Origin: Auanema rhodensis
Lineage: Eukaryota > Animalia > Nematoda
Direction: 5' to 3'
DNA: 64,000 nt
Assembly: GCA_964057225.1 (NCBI GenBank)
Contig: OZ059895.1
Location: 20,398,001 to 20,462,000 of the forward strand
The notes under the pieces: generated by a model
What the model was told of the DNA's origin: nothing
Database searches by the model: none
Seen by the model: the letters and a program-made list of their open reading frames with translations, nothing else
Made by a program: the position numbers and the translations under genes
Shown: positions 12,101 through 26,100 of the stretch, piece by piece
Layout of the letters: each line of letters starts with the position of its first letter
Position numbering within the stretch: the first letter of the stretch is position 1

Positions 12101-15100
12101 CAACATACACTAATGCATCATTTTTCAAACGATCATAACTAATTTTTGTATTAAGCGTTTCTCAATGTAGTATAGTGCATTCGATGCGGATTTTTAAGCT
12201 GCGTCGATCTGTGTTATCAGATTTGCGCTAGCTTAAAAATGCACCGAGATATCAACTGATATAAGTTCACACTTATATCCTCGATTTTCACCCTGAAGAA
12301 TTAATTTTTTCGTTGAATAACATTGTCCATCGTCTTTGCCTTGAAAAAAAAAATCTGAAAACATCTACTTTTTGCTAAATTATTTTGAAATTTTTCGAAA
12401 AAATTTTTGTCAAAATGTTTTTGGAAGCAATGTTGAGTGTACATGGAAACTCAACATACACTAATGCATCATTTTTCAAACGATCATAACTAATTTTTGT
12501 ATTAAGCGTTTCTCAATGTAGTATAGTGCATTCGATGCGGATTTTTAAGCTGCGTCGATCTGTGTTATCAGATTTGCGCTAGCTTAAAAATGCACCGAGA
12601 TATCAACTGATATAAGTTCACACTTATATCCTCGATTTTCACCCTGAAGAATTAATTTTTTCGTTGAATAACAATGTCCATCGTCTTCGCCTTGAAAAAA
12701 GGAATCTAAAAACATCTACGTTTCGCTAAATTATTTTGAAATTTTTCGAAAAAATTTTTGTCAAAATGTTTTTGGAAGCAATGTTGAGTGTACATGGAAA
12801 CTCAACATACACTAATGCATCATTTTTCAAACGATCATAACTAATTTTTGTATTAAGCGTTTCTCAATGTAGTATAGTGCATTCGATGCGGATTTTTAAG
12901 CTGCGTCGATCTGTGTTATCAGATTTGCGCTAGCTTAAAAATGCACCGAGATATCAACTGATATAAGTTCACACTTATATCCTCGATTTTCACCCTGAAG
13001 AATTAATTTTTTCGTTGAATAACATTGTCCATCGTCTTTGCCTTGAAAAAAAAAATCTGAAAACATCTACTTTTTGCTAAATTATTTTGAAATTTTTCGA
13101 AAAAATTTTTGTCAAAATGTTTTTGGAAGCAATGTTGAGTGTACATGGAAACTCAACATACACTAATGCATCATTTTTCAAACGATCATAACTAATTTTT
13201 GTATTAAGCGTTTCTCAATGTAGTATAGTGCATTCGATGCGGATTTTTAAGCTGCGTCGATCTGTGTTATCAGATTTGCGCTAGCTTAAAAATGCACCGA
13301 GATATCAACTGATATAAGTTCACACTTATATCCTCGATTTTCACCCTGAAGAATTAATTTTTTCGTTGAATAACAATGTCCATCGTCTTCGCCTTGAAAA
13401 AAGGAATCTAAAAACATCTACTTTTCGCTAAATTATTTTGAAATTTTTCGAAAAAATTTTTGTCAAAATGTTTTTGGAAGCAATGTTGAGTGTACATGGA
13501 AACTCAACATACACTAATGCATCATTTTTCAAACGATCATAACTAATTTTTGTATTAAGCGTTTCTCAATGTAGTATAGTGAATTCGATGCGGATTTTTA
13601 AGCTGCGTCGATCTGTGTTATCAGATTTGCGCTAGCTTAAAAATGCACCGAGATATCAACTGATATAAGTTCACACTTATATCCTCGATTTTCACCCTGA
13701 AGAATTAATTTTTTCGTTGAATAACAATGTCCATCGTCTTCGCCTTGAAAAAAGGAATCTAAAAACATCTACTTTTTGCTAAATTATTTTGAAATTTTTC
13801 GAAAAAATTTTTGTCAAAATGTTTTTGGAAGCAATGTTGAGTGTACATGGAAACTCAACATACACTAATGCATCATTTTTCGAACGATCATAACTAATTT
13901 TTGTATTAAGCGTTTCTCAATGTAGTATAGTGCATTCGATGCGGATTTTTAAGCTGCGTCGATCTGTGTTATCAGATTTGCGCTAGCTTAAAAATGCACC
14001 GAGATATCAACTGATATAAGTTCACACTTATATCCTCGATTTTCACCCTGAAGAATTAATTTTTTCGTTGAATAACAATGTCCATCGTCTTCGCCTTGAA
14101 AAAAGGAATCTAAAAACATCTACTTTTTGCTAAATTATTTTGAAATTTTTCGAAAAAATTTTTGTCAAAATGTTTTTGGAAGCAATGTTGAGTGTACATG
14201 GAAACTCAACATACACTAATGCATCATTTTTCAAACGATCATAACTAATTTTTGTATTAAGCGTTTCTCAATGTAGTATAGTGCATTCGATGCGGATTTT
14301 TAAGCTGCGTCGATCTGTGTTATCAGATTTGCGCTAGCTTAAAAATGCACCGAGATATCAACTGATATAAGTTTACACTTATATCCTCGATTTTCACCCT
14401 GAAGAATTAATTTTTTCGTTGAATAACAATGTCCATCGTCTTCGCCTTGAAAAAAGGAATCTAAAAACATCTACTTTTTGCTAAATTATTTTGAAATTTT
14501 TCGAAAAAATTTTTGTCAAAATTTTTTTGGAAGCAATGTTGAGTGTACATGGAAACTCAACATACACTAATGCATCATTTTTCGAACGATCATAACTAAT
14601 TTTTGTATTAAGCGTTTCTCAATGTAGTATAGTGCATTCGATGCGGATTTTTAAGCTGCGTCGATCTGTGTTATCAGATTTGCGCTAGCTTAAAAATGCA
14701 CCGAGATATCAACTGATATAAGTTCACACTTATATCCTCGATTTTCACCCTGAAGAATTAATTTTTTCGTTGAATAACATCGTCCATCGTCTTCGCCTTG
14801 AAAAAAGGAATCTAAAAACATCTACTTTTTGCTAAATTATTTTGAAATTTTTCGAAAAAATTTTTGTCAAAATGTTTTTGGAAGCAATGTTGAGTGTACA
14901 TGGAAACTCAACATACACTAATGCATCATTTTTCAAACGATCATAACTAATTTTTGTATTAAGTGTTTCTCAATGTAGTATAGTGCATTCGATGCGGATT
15001 TTTAAGCTGCGTCGATCTGTGTTATCAGATTTGCGCTAGCTTAAAAATGCACCGAGATATCAACTGATATAAGTTCACACTTATATCCTCGATTTTCACC

Positions 15101-15444
15101 CTGAAGAATTAATTTTTTCGTTGAATAACAATGTCAATCGTCTTCGCCTTGAAAAAAGGAATCTAAAAACATCTACTTTTTGCTAAATTATTTTGAAATT
15201 TTTCGAAAAAATTTTTGTCAAAATGTTTTTGGAAGCAATGTTGAGTGTACATGGAAACTCAACATACACTAATGCATCATTTTTCAAACGATCATAACTA
15301 ATTTTTGTATTAAGCGTTTCTCAATGTAGTATAGTGGATTCGATGCGGATTTTTAAGCTGCGTCGATCTGTGTTATCAGATTTGCGCTAGCTTAAAAATG
15401 CACCGAGATATCAACTGATATAAGTTCACACTTATATCCTCGAT

Positions 15445-18252
15445 TTTCACCCTGAAGAATTAATTTTTTCGTTGAATAACAATGTCCATCGTCTTCGCCT
15501 TGAAAAAAGGAATCTAAAAACATCTACTTTTCGCTAAATTATTTTGAAATTTTTCGAAAAAATTTTTGTCAAAATGTTTTTGGAAGCAATGTTGAGTGTA
15601 CATGGAAACTCAACATACACTAATGCATCATTTTTCAAACGATCATAACTAATTTTTGTATTAAGCGTTTCTCAATGTAGTATAGTGAATTCGATGCGGA
15701 TTTTTAAGCTGCGTCGATCTGTGTTATCAGATTTGCGCTAGCCTAAAAATGCACCGAGATATCAACTGATATAAGTTCACACTTATATCCTCGATTTTCA
15801 CCCTGAAGAATTAATTTTTTCGTTGAATAACAATGTCCATCGTCTTCGCCTTGAAAAAAGGAATCTAAAAACATCTACTTTTTGCTAAATTATTTTGAAA
15901 TTTTTCGAAAAAATTTTTGTCAAAATGTTTTTGGAAGCAATGTTGAGTGTACATGGAAACTCAACATACACTAATGCATCATTTTTCGAACGATCATAAC
16001 TAATTTTTGTATTAAGCGTTTCTCAATGTAGTATAGTGCATTCGATGCGGATTTTTAAGCTGCGTCGATCTGTGTTATCAGATTTGCGCTAGCTTAAAAA
16101 TGCACCGAGATATCAACTGATATAAGTTCACACTTATATCCTCGATTTTCACCCTGAAGAATTAATTTTTTCGTTGAATAACAATGTCCATCGTCTTCGC
16201 CTTGAAAAAAGGAATCTAAAAACATCTACTTTTTGCTAAATTATTTTGAAATTTTTCGAAAAAATTTTTGTCAAAATGTTTTTGGAAGCAATGTTGAGTG
16301 TACATGGAAACTCAACATACACTAATGCATCATTTTTCAAACGATCATAACTAATTTTTGTATTAAGCGTTTCTCAATGTAGTATAGTGAATTCGATGCG
16401 GATTTTTAAGCTGCGTCGATCTGTGTTATCAGATTTGCGCTAGCCTAAAAATGCACCGAGATATCAACTGATATAAGTTCACACTTATATCCTCGATTTT
16501 CACCCTGAAGAATTAATTTTTTCGTTGAATAACAATGTCCATCGTCTTCGCCTTGAAAAAAGGAATCTAAAAACATCTACTTTTTGCTAAATTATTTTGA
16601 AATTTTTCGAAAAAATTTTTGTCAAAATGTTTTTGGAAGCAATGTTGAGTGTACATGGAAACTCAACATACACTAATGCATCATTTTTCGAACGATCATA
16701 ACTAATTTTTGTATTAAGCGTTTCTCAATGTAGTATAGTGCATTCGATGCGGATTTTTAAGCTGCGTCGATCTGTGTTATCAGATTTGCGCTAGCTTAAA
16801 AATGCACCGAGATATCAACTGATATAAGTTCACACTTATATCCTCGATTTTCACCCTGAAGAATTAATTTTTTCGTTGAATAACAATGTCCATCATCTTC
16901 GCCTTGAAAAAAGGAATCTAAAAACATCTACTTTTCGCTAAATTATTTTGAAATTTTTCGAAAAAATTTTTGTCAAAATGTTTTTGGAAGCAATGTTGAG
17001 TGTACATGGAAACTCAACATACACTAATGCATCATTTTTCAAACGATCATAACTAATTTTTGTATTAAGCGTTTCTCAATGTAGTATAGTGAATTCGATG
17101 CGGATTTTTAAGCTGCGTCGATCTGTGTTATCAGATTTGCGCTAGCCTAAAAATGCACCGAGATATCAACTGATATAAGTTCACACTTATATCCTCGATT
17201 TTCACCCTGAAGAATTAATTTTTTCGTTGAATAACAATGTCCATCGTCTTCGCCTTGAAAAAAGGAATCTAAAAACATCTACTTTTTGCTAAATTATTTT
17301 GAAATTTTTCGAAAAAATTTTTGTCAAAATGTTTTTGGAAGCAATGTTGAGTGTACATGGAAACTCAACATACACTAATGCATCATTTTTCGAACGATCA
17401 TAACTAATTTTTGTATTAAGCGTTTCTCAATGTAGTATAGTGCATTCGATGCGGATTTTTAAGCTGCGTCGATCTGTGTTATCAGATTTGCGCTAGCTTA
17501 AAAATGCACCGAGATATCAACTGATATAAGTTCACACTTATATCCTCGATTTTCACCCTGAAGAATTAATTTTTTCGTTGAATAACAATGTCCATCGTCT
17601 TCGCCTTGAAAAAAGGAATCTAAAAACATCTACTTTTTGCTAAATTATTTTGAAATTTTTCGAAAAAATTTTTGTCAAAATGTTTTTGGAAGCAATGTTG
17701 AGTGTACATGGAAACTCAACATACACTAATGCATCATTTTTCAAACGATCATAACTAATTTTTGTATTAAGCGTTTCTCAATGTAGTATAGTGAATTCGA
17801 TGCGGATTTTTAAGCTGCGTCGATCTGTGTTATCAGATTTGCGCTAGCCTAAAAATGCACCGAGATATCAACTGATATAAGTTCACACTTATATCCTCGA
17901 TTTTCACCCTGAAGAATTAATTTTTTCGTTGAATAACAATGTCCATCGTCTTCGCCTTGAAAAAAGGAATCTAAAAACATCTACTTTTTGCTAAATTATT
18001 TTGAAATTTTTCGAAAAAATTTTTGTCAAAATGTTTTTGGAAGCAATGTTGAGTGTACATGGAAACTCAACATACACTAATGCATCATTTTTCGAACGAT
18101 CATAACTAATTTTTGTATTAAGCGTTTCTCAATGTAGTATAGTGCATTCGATGCGGATTTTTAAGCTGCGTCGATCTGTGTTATCAGATTTGCGCTAGCT
18201 TAAAAATGCACCGAGATATCAACTGATATAAGTTCACACTTATATCCTCGAT
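15445..18252. repeat. SatA higher-order block: dimer/tetramer (702/1404 bp)
   Basis: Monomers 45, 47, 49 and 51 carry gtgaattc plus gcctaaaa. Monomers 46, 48, 50 and 52 carry ttttcgaacg. The variant ttttcgc occurs only in 45 and 49, and catcat in 49 and 53, giving a 4-monomer period. Confidence 0.85.
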
Positions 18253-21200
18253 TTTCACCCTGAAGAATTAATTTTTTCGTTGAATAACAATGTCCATCAT
18301 CTTCGCCTTGAAAAAAGGAATCTAAAAACATCTACTTTTTGCTAAATTATTTTGAAATTTTTCGAAAAAATTTTTGTCAAAATGTTTTTGGAAGCAATGT
18401 TGAGTGTACATGGAAACTCAACATACACTAATGCATCATTTTTCAAACGATCATAACTAATTTTTGTATTAAGCGTTTCTCAATGTAGTATAGTGCATTC
18501 GATGCGGATTTTTAAGCTGCGTCGATCTGTGTTATCAGATTTGCGCTAGCTTAAAAATGCACCGAGATATCAACTGATATAAGTTCACACTTATATCCTC
18601 GATTTTCACCCTGAAGAATTAATTTTTTCGTTGAATAACAATGTCCATCGTCTTCGCCTTGAAAAAAGGAATCTAAAAACGGCTACTTTTTGCTAAATTA
18701 TTTTGAAATTTTTCGAAAAAATTTTTGTCAAAATGTTTTTGGAAGCAATGTTGAGTGTACATGGAAACTCAACATACACTAATGCATCATTTTTCAAACG
18801 ATCATAACTAATTTTTGTATTAAGCGTTTCTCAATGTAGTATAGTGCATTCGATGCGGATTTTTAAGCTGCGTCGATCTGTGTTATCAGATTTGCGCTAG
18901 CTTAAAAATGCACCGAGATATCAACTGATATAAGTTCACACTTATATCCTCGATTTTCACCCTGAAGAATTAATTTTTTCGTTGAATAACAATGTCCATC
19001 GTCTTCGCCTTGAAAAAAGGAATCTAAAAACGGCTACTTTTTGCTAAATTATTTTGAAATTTTTCGAAAAAATTTTTGTCAAAATGTTTTTGGAAGCAAT
19101 GTTGAGTGTACATGGAAACTCAACATACACTAATGCATCATTTTTCAAACGATCATAACTAATTTTTGTATTAAGCGTTTCTCAATGTAGTATAGTGCAT
19201 TCGATGCGGATTTTTAAGCTGCGTCGATCTGTGTTATCAGATTTGCGCTAGCTTAAAAATGCACCGAGATATCAACTGATATAAGTTCACACTTATATCC
19301 TCGATTTTCACCCTGAAGAATTAATTTTTTCGTTGAATAACAATGTCCATCGTCTTCGCCTTGAAAAAAGGAATCTAAAAACATCTACTTTTTGCTAAAT
19401 TATTTTGAAATTTTTCGAAAAAATTTTTGTCAAAATGTTTTTGGAAGCAATGTTGAGTGTACATGGAAACTCAACATACACTAATGCATCATTTTTCAAA
19501 CGATCATAACTAATTTTTGTATTAAGCGTTTCTCAATGTAGTATAGTGCATTCGATGCGGATTTTTAAGCTGCGTCGATCTGTGTTATCAGATTTGCGCT
19601 AGCTTAAAAATGCACCGAGATATCAACTGATATAAGTTCACACTTATATCCTCGATTTTCACCCTGAAGAATTAATTTTTTTGTTGAATAACATTGTCCA
19701 ACGTCTTCGCCTTGAAAAAAGGAATCTAAAAACATCTACTTTTTGCTAAATTATTTTGAAATTTTTCGAAAAAATTTTTGTCAAAATGTTTTTGGAAGCA
19801 ATGTTGAGTGTACATGGAAACTCAACATACACTAATGCATCATTTTTCAAACGATCATAACTAATTTTTGTATTAAGCGTTTCTCAATGTAGTATAGTGC
19901 ATTCGATGCGGATTTTTAAGCTGCGTCGATCTGTGTTATCAGATTTGCGCTAGCTTAAAAATGCACCGAGATATCAACTGATATAAGTTCACACTTATAT
20001 CCTCGATTTTCACCCTGAAGAATTAATTTTTTCGTTGAATAACAATGTCCATCGTCTTCGCCTTGAAAAAAGGAATCTAAAAACGGCTACTTTTTGCTAA
20101 ATTATTTTGAAATTTTTCGAAAAAATTTTTGTCAAAATGTTTTTGGAAGCAATGTTGAGTGTACATGGAAACTCAACATACACTAATGCATCATTTTTCA
20201 AACGATCATAACTAATTTTTGTATTAAGCGTTTCTCAATGTAGTATAGTGCATTCGATGCGGATTTTTAAGCTGCGTCGATCTGTGTTATCAGATTTGCG
20301 CTAGCTTAAAAATGCACCGAGATATCAACTGATATAAGTTCACACTTATATCCTCGATTTTCACCCTGAAGAATTAATTTTTTCGTTGAATAACAATGTC
20401 CATCGTCTTCGCCTTGAAAAAAGGAATCTAAAAACGGCTACTTTTTGCTAAATTATTTTGAAATTTTTCGAAAAAATTTTTGTCAAAATGTTTTTGGAAG
20501 CAATGTTGAGTGTACATGGAAACTCAACATACACTAATGCATCATTTTTCAAACGATCATAACTAATTTTTGTATTAAGCGTTTCTTAATGTGGTATAGT
20601 GCATTCGATGCGGATTTTTAAGCTGCGTCGATCTGTGTTATCAGATTTGCGCTAGCTTAAAAATGCACCGAGATATCAACTGATATAAGTTCACACTTAT
20701 ATCCTCGATTTTCACCCTGAAGAATTAATTTTTTTGTTGAATAACATTGTCCAACGTCTTTGCCTTGAAAAAAGGAATCTAAAAACATCTACTTTTTGCT
20801 AAATTATTTCGAAATTTTTCGAAAAAATTTTTGTCAAAATGTTTTTGGAAGCAATGTTGAGTGTACATGGAAACTCAACATACACTAATGCATCATTTTT
20901 CAAACGATCATAACTAATTTTTGTATTAAGCGTTTCTCAATGTAGTATAGTGCATTCGATGCGGATTTTTAAGCTGCGTCGATCTGTGTTATCAGATTTG
21001 CGCTAGCTTAAAAATGCACCGAGATATCAACTGATATAAGTTCACACTTATATCCTCGATTTTCACCCTGAAGAATTAATTTTTTCGTTGAATAACAATG
21101 TCCATCGTCTTCGCCTTGAAAAAAGGAATCTAAAAACATCTACTTTTTGCTAAATTATTTTGAAATTTTTCGAAAAAATTTTTGTCAAAATGTTTTTGGA

Positions 21201-23127
21201 AGCAATGTTGAGTGTACATGGAAACTCAACATACACTAATGCATCATTTTTCAAACGATCATAACTAATTTTTGTATTAAGCGTTTCTCAATGTAGTATA
21301 GTGCATTCGATGCGGATTTTTAAGCTGCGTCGATCTGTGTTATCAGATTTGCGCTAGCTTAAAAATGCACCGAGATATCAACTGATATAAGTTCACACTT
21401 ATATCCTCGATTTTCACCCTGAAGAATTAATTTTTTCGTTGAATAACAATGTCCATCGTCTTCGCCTTGAAAAAAGGAATCTAAAAACGGCTACTTTTTG
21501 CTAAATTATTTTGAAATTTTTCGAAAAAATTTTTGTCAAAATGTTTTTGGAAGCAATGTTGAGTGTACATGGAAACTCAACATACACTAATGCATCATTT
21601 TTCAAACGATCATAACTAATTTTTGTATTAAGCGTTTCTCAATGTAGTATAGTGCATTCGATGCGGATTTTTAAGCTGCGTCGATCTGTGTTATCAGATT
21701 TGCGCTAGCTTAAAAATGCACCGAGATATCAACTGATATAAGTTCACACTTATATCCTCGATTTTCACCCTGAAGAATTAATTTTTTCGTTGAATAACAA
21801 TGTCCATCGTCTTCGCCTTGAAAAAAGGAATCTAAAAACATCTACTTTTTGCTAAATTATTTTGAAATTTTTCGAAAAAATTTTTGTCAAAATGTTTTTG
21901 GAAGCAATGTTGAGTGTACATGGAAACTCAACATACACTAATGCATCATTTTTCAAACGATCATAACTAATTTTTGTATTAAGCGTTTCTCAATGTAGTA
22001 TAGTGCATTCGATGCGGATTTTTAAGCTGCGTCGATCTGTGTTATCAGATTTGCGCTAGCTTAAAAATGCACCGAGATATCAACTGATATAAGTTCACAC
22101 TTATATCCTCGATTTTCACCCTGAAGAATTAATTTTTTCGTTGAATAACAATGTCCATCGTCTTCGCCTTGAAAAAAGGAATCTAAAAACGGCTACTTTT
22201 TGCTAAATTATTTTGAAATTTTTCGAAAAAATTTTTGTCAAAATGTTTTTGGAAGCAATGTTGAGTGTACATGGAAACTCAACATACACTAATGCATCAT
22301 TTTTCAAACGATCATAACTAATTTTTGTATTAAGCGTTTCTCAATGTAGTATAGTGCATTCGAAGCGGATTTTTAAGCTGCGTCGATCTGTGTTATCAGA
22401 TTTGCGCTAGCTTAAAAATGCACCGAGATATCAACTGATATAAGTTCACACTTATATCCTCGATTTTCACCCTGAAGAATTAATTTTTTTGTTGAATAAC
22501 ATTGTCCAACGTCTTTGCCTTGAAAAAAGGAATCTAAAAACATCTACTTTTTGCTAAATTATTTTGAAATTTTTCGAAAAAATTTTTGTCAAAATGTTTT
22601 TGGAAGCAATGTTGAGTGTACATGGAAACTCAACATACACTAATGCATCATTTTTCAAACGATCATAACTAATTTTTGTATTAAGCGTTTCTCAATGTAG
22701 TATAGTGCATTCGATGCGGATTTTTAAGCTGCGTCGATCTGTGTTATCAGATTTGCGCTAGCTTAAAAATGCACCGAGATATCAACTGATATAAGTTCAC
22801 ACTTATATCCTCGATTTTCACCCTGAAGAATTAATTTTTTCGTTGAATAACAATGTCCATCGTCTTCGCCTTGAAAAAAGGAATCTAAAAACGGCTACTT
22901 TTTGCTAAATTATTCTGAAATTTTTCGAAAAAATTTTTGTCAAAATGTTTTTGGAAGCAATGTTGAGTGTACATGGAAACTCAACATACACTAATGCATC
23001 ATTTTTCAAACGATCATAACTAATTTTTGTATTAAGCGTTTCTCAATGTAGTATAGTGCATTCGAAGCGGATTTTTAAGCTGCGTCGATCTGTGTTATCA
23101 GATTTGCGCTAGCTTAAAAATGCACCG

Positions 23128-23136
23128 TTTTTTTTT
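23128..23136. other. SatA/SatB junction with a T9 tract
   Basis: The sequence reads ...aaaaatgcaccg TTTTTTTTT gtttcttgtaatattgg. SatA would continue with agatatc, and the SatB monomer accounts for only two of the Ts (cattgtttcttg). Confidence 0.92.
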
Positions 23137-26100
23137 GTTTCTTGTAATATTGGATTTGATTATTGCTTCGTTTATTTTGAGATTTTGCTTCTGCATAGCT
23201 TCAGTGCTCTAGCTGGTTTTCCATTTTTATGAGATTTTTCATCATCTTACAACAAATTCATTTAAATCTAACATGAATTATTTTTTCGTTTTAAAAAGCA
23301 TTGAATTTCATTGTTTCTTGTAATATTGGATTTGATTATTGCTTCGTTTGTTTTAAGATTTTTGCTTCTGCATAGCTTCAGTTTGCTGCTTTAGCTGGTT
23401 TTCACTTTTTATGAGATTTTTCATCATCTTACAACAAATTCATTTAAATCTAACATGAATTATTTTTTCGTTTTAAAAAGCATTGAATTTCAGTGTTTCT
23501 TGTAATATCGGATTTGATTATTGCTTTGTTAGCTTTAAGATTTTTGCTACTACATGTGCTGTGTTTACTGCTCTAGCTGGTTTTCACTTTTTATGAGATT
23601 TTTCATCATCTTACAACAAATTCATTTAAATCTAACATGAATTATTTTTTCGTTTTAAAAAGCATTGAATTTCAGTGTTTCTTGTAATATCGGATTTGAT
23701 TATTGCTTTGTTAGCTTTAAGATTTTTGCTACTACATGTGCTGTGTTTACTGCTCTAGCTGGTTTTCACTTTTTATGAGATTTTTCATCATCTTACAACA
23801 AATTCATTTAAATCTAACATGAATTATTTTTTCGTTTGAAAAAGCATTGAATTTCATTGTTTCTTGTAATATTGGATTTGATTATTGCTTTGTTAGCTTT
23901 AAAATTTTTGCTACTACATGTCCTGTGTTTACTGCTCTAGCTGGTTTTCCATTTTTATGAGATTTTTCATCATCTTACAACAAATTCATTTGAATCTAAT
24001 ATGAATTATTTTTTCGTTTTAAAAAGCATTGAATTTCATTGTTTCTTGTAATATTGGATTTGATTATTGCTTTGTTAGCTTTAAAATTTTTGCTACTACA
24101 TGTCCTGTGTTTACTGCTCTAGCTGGTTTTCACTTTTTATGAGATTTTTCATCATCTTACAACAAATTCATTTAAATCTAACATGAATTACTTTTTCGTT
24201 TTAAAAAGCATTGAATTTCATTGTTTCTTGTAATATTGGATTTGATTATTGCTTTGTTTGTTTTAAGATTTTGCTTCTGCATAGCTTCAGTGCTCTAGCT
24301 GGTTTTCACTTTTTATGAGATTTTTCATCATCTTACAACAAATTCATTTAAATCTAACATGAATTATTTTTTCGTTTTAAAAAGCATTGAATTTCATTGT
24401 TTCTTGTAATATTGGATTTGATTATTGCTTCGTTTGTTTTAAGATTTTGCTTCTGCATAGCTTTAGTGCTCTAGCTGGTTTTCACTTTTTATGAGATTTT
24501 TCATCATCTTACAACAAATTCATTTAAATCTAACATGAATTATTTTTTCGTTTTAAAAAGCATTGAATTTTATTGTTTCTTGTAATATTGGATTTGATTA
24601 TTGCTTCGTTTGTTTTAAGATTTTGCTTCTGCATGTCCTGTGTTTACTGCTCTAGCTGGTTTTCACTTTTTATGAGATTTTTCATCATCTTACAACAAAT
24701 TCATTTAAATCTAACATGAATTATTTTTTCGTTTTAAAAAGCATTGAATTTCATTTTTTCTTGTAATATTGGATTTGATTATTGCTTCGTTTGTTTTAAG
24801 ATTTTGCTTCTGCATAGCTTCAGTGCTCTAGCTGGTTTTCCATTTTTATGAGATTTTTCATCATCTTACAAGAAATTCAATTGAATCTAACATGAATTAT
24901 TTTTTCGTTTTAAAAAGCACTGAATTTCATTGTTTCTTGTAATATTGGATTTGATTATTGCTTTGTTAGTTTTAAGATTTTTGCTACTACATGTGCTGTG
25001 TTTACTGCTCTAGCTGGTTTTCACTTTTTATGAGATTTTTCATCATCTTACAACAAATTCATTTGAATCTAATATGAATTATTTCTTCGTTTTAAAAAGC
25101 ATTGAATTTCATTGTTTCTTGTAATATTGGATTTGATTATTGCTTCGTTTATTTTGAGATTTTGCTTCTGCATAGCTTCAGTGCTCTAGCTGGTTTTCCA
25201 TTTTTATGAGATTTTTCATCATCTTACAACAAATTCATTTAAATCTAACATGAATTATTTTTTCGTTTTAAAAAGCATTGAATTTCATTGTTTCTTGTAA
25301 TATTGGATTTGATTATTGCTTCGTTTGTTTTAAGATTTTTGCTTCTGCATAGCTTCAGTTTGCTGCTTTAGCTGGTTTTCACTTTTTATGAGATTTTTCA
25401 TCATCTTACAACAAATTCATTTAAATCTAACATGAATTATTTTTTCGTTTTAAAAAACATTGAATTTCAGTGTTTCTTGTAATATCGGATTTGATTATTG
25501 CTTTGTTAGCTTTAAGATTTTTGCTACTACATGTGCTGTGTTTACTGCTCTAGCTGGTTTTCCATTTTTATGAGATTTTTCATCATCTTACAACAAATTC
25601 ATTTAAATCTAACATGAATTATTTTTTCGTTTTAAAAAGCATTGAATTTCATTGTTTCTTGTAATATTGGATTTGATTATTGCTTCGTTTGTTTTAAGAT
25701 TTTTGCTTCTGCATAGCTTCAGTTTGCTGCTTTAGCTGGTTTTCACTTTTTATGAGATTTTTCATCATCTTACAACAAATTCATTTAAATCTAACATGAA
25801 TTATTTTTTGTTTTAAAAAGCATTGAATTTCAGTGTTTCTTGTAATATCGGATTTGATTATTGCTTTGTTAGCTTTAAGATTTTTGCTACTACATGTGCT
25901 GTGTTTACTGCTCTAGCTGGTTTTCACTTTTTATGAGATTTTTCATCATCTTACAACAAATTCATTTGAATCTAATATGAATTATTTTTTCGTTTTAAAA
26001 AGCATTGAATTTCATTGTTTCTTGTAATATTGGATTTGATTATTGCTTCGTTTATTTTGAGATTTTGCTTCTGCATAGCTTCAGTGCTCTAGCTGGTTTT

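Larger units (their letters stand above)
1..23127. repeat. Satellite array A: 351-bp monomer, ~65.9 head-to-tail copies (continues beyond the left edge of the window)
   Basis: The motif tttcaccctgaagaatt recurs at 1, 352, 3511, 7021, 14041 and 21061, all 1+351n. Monomers differ by only a few substitutions. The last copy starts at 22816 and stops after ...aaaaatgcaccg at 23127. Confidence 0.99.
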
